Shown piece after piece: positions 1-9,559 of a stretch of DNA of 64,000 nt. Position numbers and translations under genes: made by a program. Location of the stretch: the IMG/VR virus record IMGVR_UViG_2881147464_000001, positions 9,453-73,452 of that record; one strand, written 5' to 3'. The DNA is from a virus. The notes beneath the pieces were generated by a model. It saw only the letters and a list, made by a program, of their open reading frames with translations. It was not told the origin of the DNA and made no database searches. The first letter of the stretch is position 1. Every line of letters begins with the position of its first letter.

Positions 1-374
1 TAATCCCCGCCGTCGTCGTCCCAATAGGTTCCGATCTCTTTTTCGAGTTCGTCATTTTCTCGCTTGATGCAGTCGTCGCAGACGTCATAGACGCGCCCGG
101 CCATGCCCTCTTCATAGTCGCGCCTCGGCCGAAGGCGCGGCATGTGCTGCTTGCACCAGTCGCAGACTCCGGACCAATCTGTGTTCTTCATCTCCTCGCG
201 ATAGGCGTCGAGACACTCCTGGCACATGTCGTTCATCTCACTGCCGAAGCTATCCGTCTCGCCTTGGATGCGAGCGACCGCCGGTCTATCGGGATGATCG
301 TCGCACATAGTGCCGTCCGGGAAGTCGTGGCCTGAGCCGGGCAGCGATGAGATGGGTCCGGTGACGTCAGCCAT
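1..374 (-). CDS. Cys-rich (Zn-finger-like) hypothetical protein; 3' end at window edge
   Basis: Translated by hand: MADVTGPISSLPG...CDDH...CQEC...CDWC...CDDC; follows the 367..789 gene closely; not in ORF track. Confidence 0.65.
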   Translation of the reverse strand, partial: MADVTGPISSLPGSGHDFPDGTMCDDHPDRPAVARIQGETDSFGSEMNDMCQECLDAYREEMKNTDWSGVCDWCKQHMPRLRPRRDYEEGMAGRVYDVCDDCIKRENDELEKEIGTYWDDDGGD

Positions 375-789
375 TGGTCTCTCCGAAAACAGCAAAGGCG
401 TTTGCTATGGCCTGGGTGATTGTATCGCCAGTGAACTCGCGCTCCTGAAACTCAGTCCAGTCCGCACAGACGATGACCTTTGAGTTTGCTTGACCGTTGA
501 AATCCGGATTGTCGCAAACCAGCGTGATCGAGTTGCCTTCACCCTCACGGAAACGTTCAAGCATTGTCCAGTTGCGACCCGCCTGCTGATAGCGATTGTT
601 CGCCTCGAGCAGATCCTGAACTCGACGCTTGTTCCCTGCCTCCATGGCGGCGCTGACGGCAGCGCACATCATGCGATACTCATCGGCATTGTCGGCCTTC
701 AGTCCGGCCACGTAGTTGTCAGGGATTCGCTCGTCGATCACCTTCATGAAGGCCAGCACGCCGGCTTCCAGATATTCCATGTCGGTCAT
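367..789 (-). CDS. hypothetical phage protein
   Basis: ORF 367..987; likely start MTDMEY at 789 with ATGA overlap to upstream gene. Confidence 0.65.
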   Translation of the reverse strand: MTDMEYLEAGVLAFMKVIDERIPDNYVAGLKADNADEYRMMCAAVSAAMEAGNKRRVQDLLEANNRYQQAGRNWTMLERFREGEGNSITLVCDNPDFNGQANSKVIVCADWTEFQEREFTGDTITQAIANAFAVFGETNG

Positions 790-1469
790 GGCTTCACCCG
801 GTCGATGTTCTGCTTGATGACGTTGAACGACACGGCCACGATCCACGGGTTTGCTGCCCAGGCGTATGCGCCGCCGGCGCGATCTTTGTTGAGATGGTCC
901 CAGAGATTCGCGTAGAGCGTTTTCCCGTGGCCGGAGATATGCCTGCCACCGTCGATCTCTCCGCAATCTTGGACGCCCTCGGCCCACGCGTCGATCTCGT
1001 TGATCGCTTGGAGGCGCTGGACGCGGACATCAGTAACGATCAGAGTAAGGCGAGAGGCCCACCGCGGCATATGCATGCCGGGGACTTTGCGGCCTCGCCG
1101 TCCCGATGGGCGCTTGCCGCTATAGTTGAACAGATCGCACCATCGGTCGCCGGCTTCGCGCGTGTTTGCGATAGCAAGGAAGGCGTTGTCGGCGAGATAG
1201 CGAACACCATCTGATCCGTCCGCCAATTCTTCCGCCATGCAAACCTCACGGACATAGAGCCGGTCGCCGATGGCGAAGCGCGGGAGTGCGATTGGCCCTC
1301 CACATTGCTGCCCATATTTGCCTATCGGCCAAGTGAGACCAAAAAGCTTGGTCTCCACCACTTCGGCATCCCAGTCAGGCTGAGGTGTGATCACCCGCCG
1401 GGTCTGCGTCTTGCGAGACTCGAGCAGCGCTCGGACCATCGGACCTGAAAAGAGGATGGGCCGATCCAT
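786..1469 (-). CDS. conserved phage protein (ASCH-like)
   Basis: PILFSGPMVRALLESRKTQTRR and MHMPRWASRLTL motifs typical of a common prophage family; TGATG overlap. Confidence 0.7.
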   Translation of the reverse strand: MDRPILFSGPMVRALLESRKTQTRRVITPQPDWDAEVVETKLFGLTWPIGKYGQQCGGPIALPRFAIGDRLYVREVCMAEELADGSDGVRYLADNAFLAIANTREAGDRWCDLFNYSGKRPSGRRGRKVPGMHMPRWASRLTLIVTDVRVQRLQAINEIDAWAEGVQDCGEIDGGRHISGHGKTLYANLWDHLNKDRAGGAYAWAANPWIVAVSFNVIKQNIDRVKP

Positions 1470-1816
1470 CAGCGGTTCCACCACGGCGTCTGCGGCTCCG
1501 ACCAATTGGCTCCATAGCTGACGCTGGTCATCGGCGGCCTTTCGATGGCACCGAACGTCCTGATCGTCGGTGACGCGGGTTCCGGATCGCTCTCATTGGC
1601 CCGGGTGATGTAGCCTTCCAGCTTCGCCACCTCGAGACACTTCGCCATGAGTTCGGTCTTGAGGGATGCGATTGACGCGGATTGCTCATCCCTTTCCTTG
1701 AGGGTCAGCTTCGCATTCGCCTCGCTGCTGACCATCCTTTGCCGGAGTGCGGTGTTCTCGGCTTGCAGTTTCTCGATCGTAGATTCGAGATCGGACTTCG
1801 TCACTTTCTTGCTCAT
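1469..1816 (-). CDS. coiled-coil hypothetical protein
   Basis: Start MSKKVT at 1816 with ATGA overlap; heptad-rich. Confidence 0.6.
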   Translation of the reverse strand: MSKKVTKSDLESTIEKLQAENTALRQRMVSSEANAKLTLKERDEQSASIASLKTELMAKCLEVAKLEGYITRANESDPEPASPTIRTFGAIERPPMTSVSYGANWSEPQTPWWNR

Positions 1817-2388
1817 GCTGCCTCGCGAGGGTAGGGGAGAAGCGGCGCGCCGCCGCGGACGTAGAGCGGATGCCTGGGGGATCCATCCTTGGTGTATCCG
1901 ACGCAGTGGAGTTTGATGCCGGCGTTGCGGAGGATCACCTCGACAGCAATCGCGTGCGGCCGCAGAACTGGCGGCAGCGCGCCCCATGCTGCGATGACAA
2001 CATCGGCGCTACGCGCATAGGCCTCGATCTTGTTATAGTTCACCAGGCTGCACCGCTCGTCCGGCGTCATCGAAAGCAGCGCCTTCGGATCTGTCGACCG
2101 GTAGTCCATGACGTTGGTCTTGATGTAGCGGTTGAGGCCGAGCATCTTCTTCGTGTAGGCGACTTCTCGGCGGACGGTCGGATCATCGACATCCCATCCA
2201 GCCACGCTCGGATTCATGCCTATCCAGAGTGCGTAGTTGCCGTCGGTCGGCGTGAGAATGTCGCCCCACCAGCGACCGAGATGATGCCGAAACTGGCCAC
2301 GATCGCCGCCGAACGAAGCGTCGCCATCCATGCCTTCCGGGAGCCGGAGTTTGACTTTGCCGCCGGCGTCATGTGCGATCGTGTTCAT
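1813..2388 (-). CDS. DUF1643-family protein
   Basis: WIGMNPS...DDPTVRR and GSPRHPLY motifs. Confidence 0.8.
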   Translation of the reverse strand: MNTIAHDAGGKVKLRLPEGMDGDASFGGDRGQFRHHLGRWWGDILTPTDGNYALWIGMNPSVAGWDVDDPTVRREVAYTKKMLGLNRYIKTNVMDYRSTDPKALLSMTPDERCSLVNYNKIEAYARSADVVIAAWGALPPVLRPHAIAVEVILRNAGIKLHCVGYTKDGSPRHPLYVRGGAPLLPYPREAA

Positions 2389-2825
2389 GCAACCGCTCTC
2401 CAGTTAGGGAAGGGGATTTCTTGATCGCGTGACCACCAGGTATAGCGCCAGCCCTGAAAGCCCTTGATCGGCTCAGGGATAGTCACCGCCACGGCGTCAC
2501 CACGACGGCAGATGCACCACTGGTCGACGGCGTGATAAGGAGGCGACGCATCAAGATCGGCCACGTCCAAGTAGACACCGCCTGGCGGCTGGCAGTCGTG
2601 CTTCGGATCGAAGCTAAGCCCGCGCAGCGCCGTGACCGGCGCATAGCCTCGCAGCCGGCCATGGGCGACGACATAGAGGCGATCGCCAACAGCGATCGGC
2701 GGCCGCGCGCGCGATGTCATGTACCAGCCCCATTCGGTCCCAGACCAAGCGGCGCCGGCCGGGTCGCCTTCCGCGATCCATTCTTCCCAGGAGGCCTTGG
2801 GGCATGTGACGACGAGGTCGCTCAT
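2385..2825 (-). CDS. hypothetical phage protein
   Basis: Coupled ORF with ATGA overlaps on both sides. Confidence 0.65.
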   Translation of the reverse strand: MSDLVVTCPKASWEEWIAEGDPAGAAWSGTEWGWYMTSRARPPIAVGDRLYVVAHGRLRGYAPVTALRGLSFDPKHDCQPPGGVYLDVADLDASPPYHAVDQWCICRRGDAVAVTIPEPIKGFQGWRYTWWSRDQEIPFPNWRAVA

Positions 2826-3058
2826 TTTGCCTGCACTGGCGGCTGGGCGATATCGCCATCGGCATCCATCATCGGATTCGTCGGCCAGCCGAGAGCGCGG
2901 ATGTTCAGCGAACGCAGCCTGCGGTTATAGGCCAAATAGGCGTATCTGAACGGTGTGGTCAGAATGGCCTGCACCGTCCAGCAAACCGGCCAAATCCCCC
3001 AAGCCAAGAAGAAGGTGACCAACGGATGAGCGCCGGCGAACGTGTAGAAGTCGCTCAT
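2822..3058 (-). CDS. small membrane protein
   Basis: Hydrophobic N-terminal half; coupled ORF. Confidence 0.6.
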   Translation of the reverse strand: MSDFYTFAGAHPLVTFFLAWGIWPVCWTVQAILTTPFRYAYLAYNRRLRSLNIRALGWPTNPMMDADGDIAQPPVQAK

Positions 3059-3612
3059 GCCGCCACCTTTGCAGTGGATTGATTGATTTTGGCGGCTAAC
3101 GCAACAAGGCTGGCTCCCAGTGATGCAAGGTCGCCGTTGTTTCCCAAGCTGATGTCGTAGGGATAGTTTTCGACATTCGCGTCGGCAGCATTGGTGGAGA
3201 CCTGCTCGGCTGCCGCACGATCGACGAAGATCGTCAGGAACTCGACCGAGTCAGGGAGCAATTCCTTCGTGAGCGCGATCGCAGCCGGCTCGCGAACATG
3301 CAGAAAGATGACATCCTTGCCGGAATAGCCGATATCAAGCCTCGCCAGCGCCGACGACACGCAGGAGCGCGTCACCCAATTATCGTACCCTTCCAAGCAG
3401 GCCTTCATGTTGGCGAGGAGATCCCGCTCTGCCGTCGTCTTCTTGTCGACTGGAATGCCAAGCCCTCGCAGCACGTTGCGGATCGGGTCGATCGAACTGA
3501 TCGCTCCGGTAAGCCATCCAAACTCCTTCAAGACCTCAGAGAGGCCATTGACGACGGTGTCCTTGCCCGAGCGCGGATGCCCATTCACGACGACGACCAG
3601 TTTCCGCTGCAT
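3055..3612 (-). CDS. P-loop nucleotide (dNMP/adenylate) kinase-like protein
   Basis: N-terminal GHPRSGKDT P-loop; TAATG overlap with ssb. Confidence 0.65.
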   Translation of the reverse strand: MQRKLVVVVNGHPRSGKDTVVNGLSEVLKEFGWLTGAISSIDPIRNVLRGLGIPVDKKTTAERDLLANMKACLEGYDNWVTRSCVSSALARLDIGYSGKDVIFLHVREPAAIALTKELLPDSVEFLTIFVDRAAAEQVSTNAADANVENYPYDISLGNNGDLASLGASLVALAAKINQSTAKVAA

Positions 3613-4127
3613 TAGCGCCACTCCGGAGAGAAGGGTATCTCGTCGTCCAACCCGCCACCGCCAAAGCCGCCGCCGCCGGACGAGCCGCTGTCGCGGGAGG
3701 ACTGGTTGCTGCGCGATCCGCCACCGCGGTCGTCCTGGCGCTCACCGCGGCCACCACTGCCCCGCCGATCGTCATCGCCGCCGCCGGACAGCATGATGAG
3801 CGATCCGCCAAAGTTCTGAATCACAACCTCGGTCGAATACCGGTCATTGCCATACTGGTCTTGCCACTTGCGCGTCTGCAGTTGACCTTCGATGTAGACC
3901 TTCATTCCCTTCTTCAGATACTGCTCGGCCACCTTGGCGATGCCGCCGAAAATGACGACATTGTGCCATTCGGTCTTTTCGCGCTTTTCGCCGGTCTGTT
4001 TGTCGCGCCAAGTTTCCGACGTCGCGATGCGCATGTTGGCGATCGGATCGCCGGAGTTGTTCTTGCGGATGTCCGGATCGGCGCCGAGATGACCTATCAA
4101 TTGGACCTTGTTCAGACTGCCAGCCAT
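3612..4127 (-). CDS. ssb: single-stranded DNA-binding protein
   Basis: [18 protein letters not shown]..., [10 protein letters not shown], Gly-rich linker, DDEIPF tail. Confidence 0.95.
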   Translation of the reverse strand: MAGSLNKVQLIGHLGADPDIRKNNSGDPIANMRIATSETWRDKQTGEKREKTEWHNVVIFGGIAKVAEQYLKKGMKVYIEGQLQTRKWQDQYGNDRYSTEVVIQNFGGSLIMLSGGGDDDRRGSGGRGERQDDRGGGSRSNQSSRDSGSSGGGGFGGGGLDDEIPFSPEWR

Positions 4128-4414
4128 CAGATGCCTGCTTTCCTGTTGAGGGCGGCATTGACTTCGTCAGCCGTCGCGTTTCGATCTTCAGTGAGGTACT
4201 CGTCAACGATGGAAGTACATTTGCTGCACAAACACATCTCGGCTTGAACAGACGAGAATCCACCCTCCCGCGGCGAACCAGAGCGAACGCTGTTGACGGC
4301 CATATCGTACAATGACCAGCCTTCCGGTGTTGCTTCTGCCGCATCCATGTCGAATGTCATGGGAGCCGAGCATCCATCGCATTGGAAGTGCGCTCTGATC
4401 GTCGACAGGGTCAT
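4127..4414 (-). CDS. small Cys-containing hypothetical protein
   Basis: CDGC...CSKC; coupled ORF. Confidence 0.6.
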   Translation of the reverse strand: MTLSTIRAHFQCDGCSAPMTFDMDAAEATPEGWSLYDMAVNSVRSGSPREGGFSSVQAEMCLCSKCTSIVDEYLTEDRNATADEVNAALNRKAGI

Positions 4415-4881
4415 TTCCACGCCCACCCGAGTTCGGACGCCGTGTTCCTCAAGATGTCGGCGAGCATCGGGGGGATTCCGTACTTCTTGACCGAATAGGA
4501 GAGGTTCATGGGCTCGCCGCCGTCACGCTCGACATTGGCGGCGCGCCAGTCACAGAACATCTCGACAAGACTCATCAGCGTCATGCCGGCCATGCCTCTG
4601 CCGATGTGCGCCTCAGGATGGTGATCGTTGTTCGCGTAGTGATGCGTGATCATGTCGCCGAGCATGGCGGTGCGCCGGCGCGCCTCGTCGGAGCCATAGG
4701 GCGCCGGACCTTCCTTCTCGATCAGAGTCAGCAGCGCATCTAGCGGCCCCTTTTCGGTCGGCGTGAACTTCGACGCGTCGTGCACCTCGGCCCGGGCATC
4801 CATCAGATCGCAAAACTGATGGATAGACGCCCGGACCAGGGCGATGTGGTTGAGGATGCTTTCCGTCGAGTCGACCATCAC
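4411..4881 (-). CDS. DUF5662-like / HD-related phage protein
   Basis: HDASKF, HHYANNDHHPE, LVEMFCDW motifs. Confidence 0.65.
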   Translation of the reverse strand: MMVDSTESILNHIALVRASIHQFCDLMDARAEVHDASKFTPTEKGPLDALLTLIEKEGPAPYGSDEARRRTAMLGDMITHHYANNDHHPEAHIGRGMAGMTLMSLVEMFCDWRAANVERDGGEPMNLSYSVKKYGIPPMLADILRNTASELGWAWK

Positions 4882-5999
4882 CCGACTCTCATCGGCATGA
4901 GGACATAGACCGACGCCGGATCCTTGTCAGTCGTGATGACTGTCGGACTACCCGGATCGATCAGGCTGATGCGGGCATCGCCGGTGCCGATCACCGTCAT
5001 GATGTCGCTCAGATACTTGGCGTTGAAGCCGATCTCGAGCGGTTCGCCGCCATACTGGACGTCGACATCCTCTTCGGCCGACCCATTGTCGGGGCTGTTG
5101 ACGGTCAAGCTCAGATGCTCGTCGGTAAAGGTCAGTTTGACCGCGCGGCCGCGCTCGGACGAAACCGTCGTGACGCGATCGGCCGCCGCCGACAGAATCT
5201 TGGAGGCGACGATAGCGATGCGATTGCCGATGGCGGGTATGACGCGTTTGTAGTCCGGAAAGGTGCCATCGATCAGTTTCGATACAAGCACCGTGGTGCC
5301 GACCGTCACACGGATCTTGTTCTCGCTCACCTCGACCTTGATCGGATCGGTGCCGGCGACCTTGGCCAGGGTGATGATCTCACTGATTGTCTTGCGCGGA
5401 ACGATGATGGGCGGAAACCCGTCGACGTCGCCATCTGGCTGTCGGTATGACGTCGCCAGGCGATGGCCGTCGGTGGCCACAAAGGTGATGGCATCCGGCT
5501 GGGCGTCATCCACGTTCCAGAAGACGCCGTTGAGATAATATCGCGTCTCCTCGGTCGAGATGGCGAATTGGACCTTGGAGAGCGCCTCGAGCAGCGCGTC
5601 GCCGGCGAACTGGATGGTGTGGGAATAGTTGCCGTCGGTCATCTGCGGATAGTCGCTATCCGGCAGCGTCTGCAGTCGGAACTTCGACCGGCCGGCACCG
5701 ACGCTGGCGACCTGGCCATCCGGCTCGCTCTCGAACATCACCTCGGAGCCGGGTGCCATCTTGCGCAGGATGTCGCTCAGCAGCTGTGCCGGCACACTCG
5801 TCGCACCCGGTCGCGCCACGGCGGCGCCGAGCGCCATCGTGATCTCGAGGTCGAGATCGGTGGCGCGCAGTTCGATACCGTCCTGCTTTGCCGAAACCAC
5901 AGCGTTCGATAGGATTGGAATGCTATTGCGGCGCTCGCATATTTTTTGGACGGCGGCCATAGCCGCGGCGAAGGCTTTTGCGTCGGCGACAAACTTCAT
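4878..5999 (-). CDS. dnaN: DNA polymerase III beta sliding clamp (copy 1)
   Basis: 373 aa; IPILSN, ATDLDLEI, AISTEETRYYLNG, VATDGHRL, LIDGTFPDY, IGFNAKY, VLMPMRV. Confidence 0.95.
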   Translation of the reverse strand: MKFVADAKAFAAAMAAVQKICERRNSIPILSNAVVSAKQDGIELRATDLDLEITMALGAAVARPGATSVPAQLLSDILRKMAPGSEVMFESEPDGQVASVGAGRSKFRLQTLPDSDYPQMTDGNYSHTIQFAGDALLEALSKVQFAISTEETRYYLNGVFWNVDDAQPDAITFVATDGHRLATSYRQPDGDVDGFPPIIVPRKTISEIITLAKVAGTDPIKVEVSENKIRVTVGTTVLVSKLIDGTFPDYKRVIPAIGNRIAIVASKILSAAADRVTTVSSERGRAVKLTFTDEHLSLTVNSPDNGSAEEDVDVQYGGEPLEIGFNAKYLSDIMTVIGTGDARISLIDPGSPTVITTDKDPASVYVLMPMRVG

Positions 6000-6883
6000 A
6001 GCGGAAAGAGCTCCTGGTTCTCATAGGCCGACACCGGCGGCAACTCCTGCGCCGGCGGTGTTTCCGGCAGGTTGTTGGCGCGGAACTGTCGGTTGAGGTC
6101 GACCCGCTCGTTCTCGAGGCGCTGGTCGATCTCGCGGCGTTCCATCTCGCGGCGGACGGTGAAAACGACGTCTTCCCCGAAATCCTTTTTCAGGATCCGG
6201 GTCAGCATCGACCATTCGACGTCTTTCCACGGCGTCCCCTTGCCGCCGTTGTAGTAGGTGTCGCCGATCTTGCAGGTCGGGATAGGGGCTGGGTTGTTGG
6301 TGAACTTCACCAATTGCTCGATCGAATGACCGGCGTTCAGCATGTCTCGGACGGTGTGCGCCGTGACGTAGGAGTCGGGCTGCGCGCGGTGCGGAGGCAT
6401 ACACAGTTCTCGCACGATGCCTTCCGGATTCAGGTAATAGCGCAGGCCGTTGTTCTTGAACGTCGGCGACTCCGGATAGAGATTGAGAGCGCAGCGGTAC
6501 GTATCGATCCACGGGGCATTGCCGGTAATCTCTTCGCTCAGCCATTTGCGCTCGAACTCGGCGCCGTGGGCGGCGTAGGCGATCACGTCGACGTTGAAGA
6601 CCAGCGGATGAACCTCGCGCCACACTGGCGAATTGATAACATCGCAGTCCATGATGTGATGAACCGCCATCGTCTCGGCCGGGATCGGCTGCATCGGATT
6701 GACCAGGAAGCCTTGGCCCGGCCGAACCTCCCACTGCGTCGGCTCGCCGAAAAGATCGGTTCGGGTCGCAACGACGTCTGTGTAGCCGATCTCGACGATG
6801 CCGTTCGGTTCGGGCTCCGGGAAGAGTGTCTCAAGGTCGACAACGCGCACGCGCGCCACCGGAGCCTCAATCATGTCGCTCAT
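5996..6883 (-). CDS. DnaQ/exonuclease X-like 3'-5' exonuclease
   Basis: DLET (Exo I), AHGAEFE (Exo II), HRAQPDSYVT (Exo III). Confidence 0.85.
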   Translation of the reverse strand: MSDMIEAPVARVRVVDLETLFPEPEPNGIVEIGYTDVVATRTDLFGEPTQWEVRPGQGFLVNPMQPIPAETMAVHHIMDCDVINSPVWREVHPLVFNVDVIAYAAHGAEFERKWLSEEITGNAPWIDTYRCALNLYPESPTFKNNGLRYYLNPEGIVRELCMPPHRAQPDSYVTAHTVRDMLNAGHSIEQLVKFTNNPAPIPTCKIGDTYYNGGKGTPWKDVEWSMLTRILKKDFGEDVVFTVRREMERREIDQRLENERVDLNRQFRANNLPETPPAQELPPVSAYENQELFPL

Positions 6884-8091
6884 AGTGCATTGTCTCCGGC
6901 AAATGATGTGTCGATTTGGGCGTTGATTTCGTCCAGCAGTCCTTCGGCGCTCAACTCGCCTTTCGCGCGGGCCATCTCCTTGTCGTAGATGGACTTCGCC
7001 AGCGCACGATCCTTGCCCTTCGGTGCGCCGCCGTTCTCCTGCCAGAACTGGGCGGAGGCTTTGTCGACATTGCCTTCGGTCTGCATGCGTGCCAGGCTGG
7101 ACGCATATTTCTTGAAGAGTTCGGCGGGAAGACGCTGGGCGGCTACCTCCGTCTTCCCGCCGGCTTCGTCATGGCCCCGTTCGGCGGAGCCCTGCGACGA
7201 ATTGGTGGAGCGGCTGTCATCTGAGCCCGATGAGTGTTCGCCGCTCCTGCCAGCATCGTCAGATGCCGGCTTTGCTGAGGCCGCTTTCGCGGACGACGTA
7301 GATTTATTAACCGTCGTTTCGCGCTGTACCCCAGTGTTCAAAATCTCTCCTGTCTTCTGGTCGACTACATCCATCGCGACCTGACCGGAGTTGGTCAGTT
7401 TCTTCACATTGTCGGGATCGAAGCCGTCGGCGGATTGCTTGCCGCCGAAGCGTGAGGCGAGTGACGGCGTGATGTCGCGTGCGAGCTGCGCGTCGCGCTC
7501 CATGCCAATCGCCAGGATCTCGTCATCACCGAGAACGCCGAGGATTGCCGACGGCTTATGAAGGCGCGCCCACTCCCGGGCGCCGCGGTAGGCGAGCATC
7601 TTGTCGAAGGTGGATGGGCGCCACGGAGACCCATCCCCGGTCGTCTTCCAGTCCTTGACCGTTCCTTCGATGATCAGTGGCCGATCCGATCCCGGTTTCA
7701 TGCCGCTGATTTTGATCTTGCGGTCTTCGCCGGATCCGGTCCACTCGTATTGAAGGTCGATTCCGTAGCGAGACTCGAGCACCGAGGAGATGACCTTGCC
7801 CTCGAAGCCGAGTTTCCCATGGACGATTGCTGCGCATGCGAGTAGCGCAAATGGTGAGATGTTCCAACGGTCAGCCTGCTCGACGACGGCGAACACGTTC
7901 GCAACCACAGCCTCGTGCGGAAGATCCTTTTTGTTGTTCTTACTGCCGGTTGTCCTTAGAGACTCAGGAACGAGTGTTGACTGAGCCATCCGCTCGGCCA
8001 GCGTCCAGAGATATTCAAGGCGCTGCGGATCGATCGCCGCCGACGGTCGGAAGGTTTCGACGGGTTCGTTTATCGTCGTGATCTCGTTCAT
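6880..8091 (-). CDS. RecT-like ssDNA annealing protein with low-complexity C-terminus
   Basis: Context next to RecE-like gene; HGKLGFEGK, KMLAYRGAREWAR...LGVLGDDE motifs. Confidence 0.7.
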   Translation of the reverse strand: MNEITTINEPVETFRPSAAIDPQRLEYLWTLAERMAQSTLVPESLRTTGSKNNKKDLPHEAVVANVFAVVEQADRWNISPFALLACAAIVHGKLGFEGKVISSVLESRYGIDLQYEWTGSGEDRKIKISGMKPGSDRPLIIEGTVKDWKTTGDGSPWRPSTFDKMLAYRGAREWARLHKPSAILGVLGDDEILAIGMERDAQLARDITPSLASRFGGKQSADGFDPDNVKKLTNSGQVAMDVVDQKTGEILNTGVQRETTVNKSTSSAKAASAKPASDDAGRSGEHSSGSDDSRSTNSSQGSAERGHDEAGGKTEVAAQRLPAELFKKYASSLARMQTEGNVDKASAQFWQENGGAPKGKDRALAKSIYDKEMARAKGELSAEGLLDEINAQIDTSFAGDNAL

Positions 8092-8621
8092 GCTGCTGCC
8101 TTCTTTTTACTGATGCGACGATTCTGCATCTGCTCTGCTGTTGTTGCCCACCGGCAGTTGCTGGGTTCATAGTTGCCGTCGTTGTCATCTCTTTCGATGG
8201 ACAGATCCGGTGACGGCCGGCGTCCAACGTCAGCGATGAAGCATTCAAAACCAGAGGCCGAACCGTCGCCAAATCGCCACCGATCGCAGACCATTATTCC
8301 CCTGGCCCCATAGTTCCTATACGATTCAGTCTTCGGCCGATGGCATCGGTTAATCATTGCTCTCCAGATGCCCCATTCAGGCCATCTCGACCCACGCTTC
8401 GTCGCTCCGTGGCGCAATCGTTTCTCGGCTGCTTGTTCCTTTTGTAGGCAGCCGCAGGATCGCGCCTTTCCTCGTCTTAATTGTTGCCCCACGATAACCG
8501 TCGTGGCACCGCAGTCACAAAGGCAATTCCACGCAGCCTTATTTCTGAGGGAACCAGATCGTGCCATAACCACAAGGCGTCCAAAGCGCTTGCCGGTCAT
8601 GGCTGTTACACGATCACTCAC
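8088..8621 (-). CDS. HNH homing endonuclease-like protein
   Basis: MTGKRFGRLVV...CLCDCG; YRNYGARGIMVCDRW; SIERDDNDGNYEPSNCRWAT; GTGA overlap. Confidence 0.8.
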   Translation of the reverse strand: MSDRVTAMTGKRFGRLVVMARSGSLRNKAAWNCLCDCGATTVIVGQQLRRGKARSCGCLQKEQAAEKRLRHGATKRGSRWPEWGIWRAMINRCHRPKTESYRNYGARGIMVCDRWRFGDGSASGFECFIADVGRRPSPDLSIERDDNDGNYEPSNCRWATTAEQMQNRRISKKKAAA

Positions 8622-9559
8622 GCCGCTAAATCCTGTTCGATCATTGCGATCCGCCGCTCTGCCTGCTCGCGTGACCATTTGGTACGGCGGATGAACCCAC
8701 CATCCCCTTGTAGATTCTTCGGTCCTGGCCAGTAGCCAGTATCCAAGGCGCGTTTGAACAAGCGCAACGCAGCATGGTTCTCGGCGTGGCCTGCCGCGAT
8801 CTCGTTCGGGTCCACTGCGTCGATGCGGACGCAATTAGGGCGTTTCTGCTCGACATAGACGAGAAAGAAATTTTCCAGCGGACGGCCGAAAACCATCTGC
8901 ATAGCTTCATTTACCAACCCTGCTTGTTGGTGATAGCCGCGCTCGCCTAAGGCTCTCGAAATGCCATCGTCCGAGACATCTGATACGCATTTTAAGTCGG
9001 CCGCATCGTTGTCGTTCGGAACGGCATCAGGTCGACTCTTCAGCCAGATCCCGGTTTCAGGATCCTGCCAGAACAACGAAAGCTCGACCATGCCATTGAG
9101 GATACCGCCGCGGATCGGCGGCTCGGCGGCAAGCGTCTTCGACATGCCCTTGATGTATTCGAGTTGTTCTGGCTTGAGGACGGTCAGACCCTCAATCTCT
9201 CTTTCGGCGAGCCACCTCTTGCACGAGAGGTTGTTGCCGTTCCATGCGCGCCCGTCCGGTGCCTCTTCCGGCCGCAGGACGAAGAACTTGTTGAAATCCG
9301 CTTCGCCGAGGAGGAGATGGTGGGCAGCGCGGCCAAGGATCATTGCCTCGCTGTCTTTGGTCTCTTCGCGGTCGGGATTGAGCGGCGATGTATCCCAATA
9401 GTGCGCCAGACTCTGGTTGAAGATCGTGCGCAGCCCGCTGGAACTGATTGATGGTCCTTCGGTCGGCTGGCCGTGATAAACCGACATCGGCATGTTTGCG
9501 TAGGCACCCGGCTCTGTGATCTTGGTGCCCGGGATATATTCGCGGATGAGGCCGGTCAT
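8618..9559 (-). CDS. RecE/exonuclease VIII-like PD-(D/E)XK nuclease
   Basis: SISSSGL, ILGRAAH, KSRPD, ADLKC, YHQQA. Confidence 0.85.
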   Translation of the reverse strand: MTGLIREYIPGTKITEPGAYANMPMSVYHGQPTEGPSISSSGLRTIFNQSLAHYWDTSPLNPDREETKDSEAMILGRAAHHLLLGEADFNKFFVLRPEEAPDGRAWNGNNLSCKRWLAEREIEGLTVLKPEQLEYIKGMSKTLAAEPPIRGGILNGMVELSLFWQDPETGIWLKSRPDAVPNDNDAADLKCVSDVSDDGISRALGERGYHQQAGLVNEAMQMVFGRPLENFFLVYVEQKRPNCVRIDAVDPNEIAAGHAENHAALRLFKRALDTGYWPGPKNLQGDGGFIRRTKWSREQAERRIAMIEQDLAA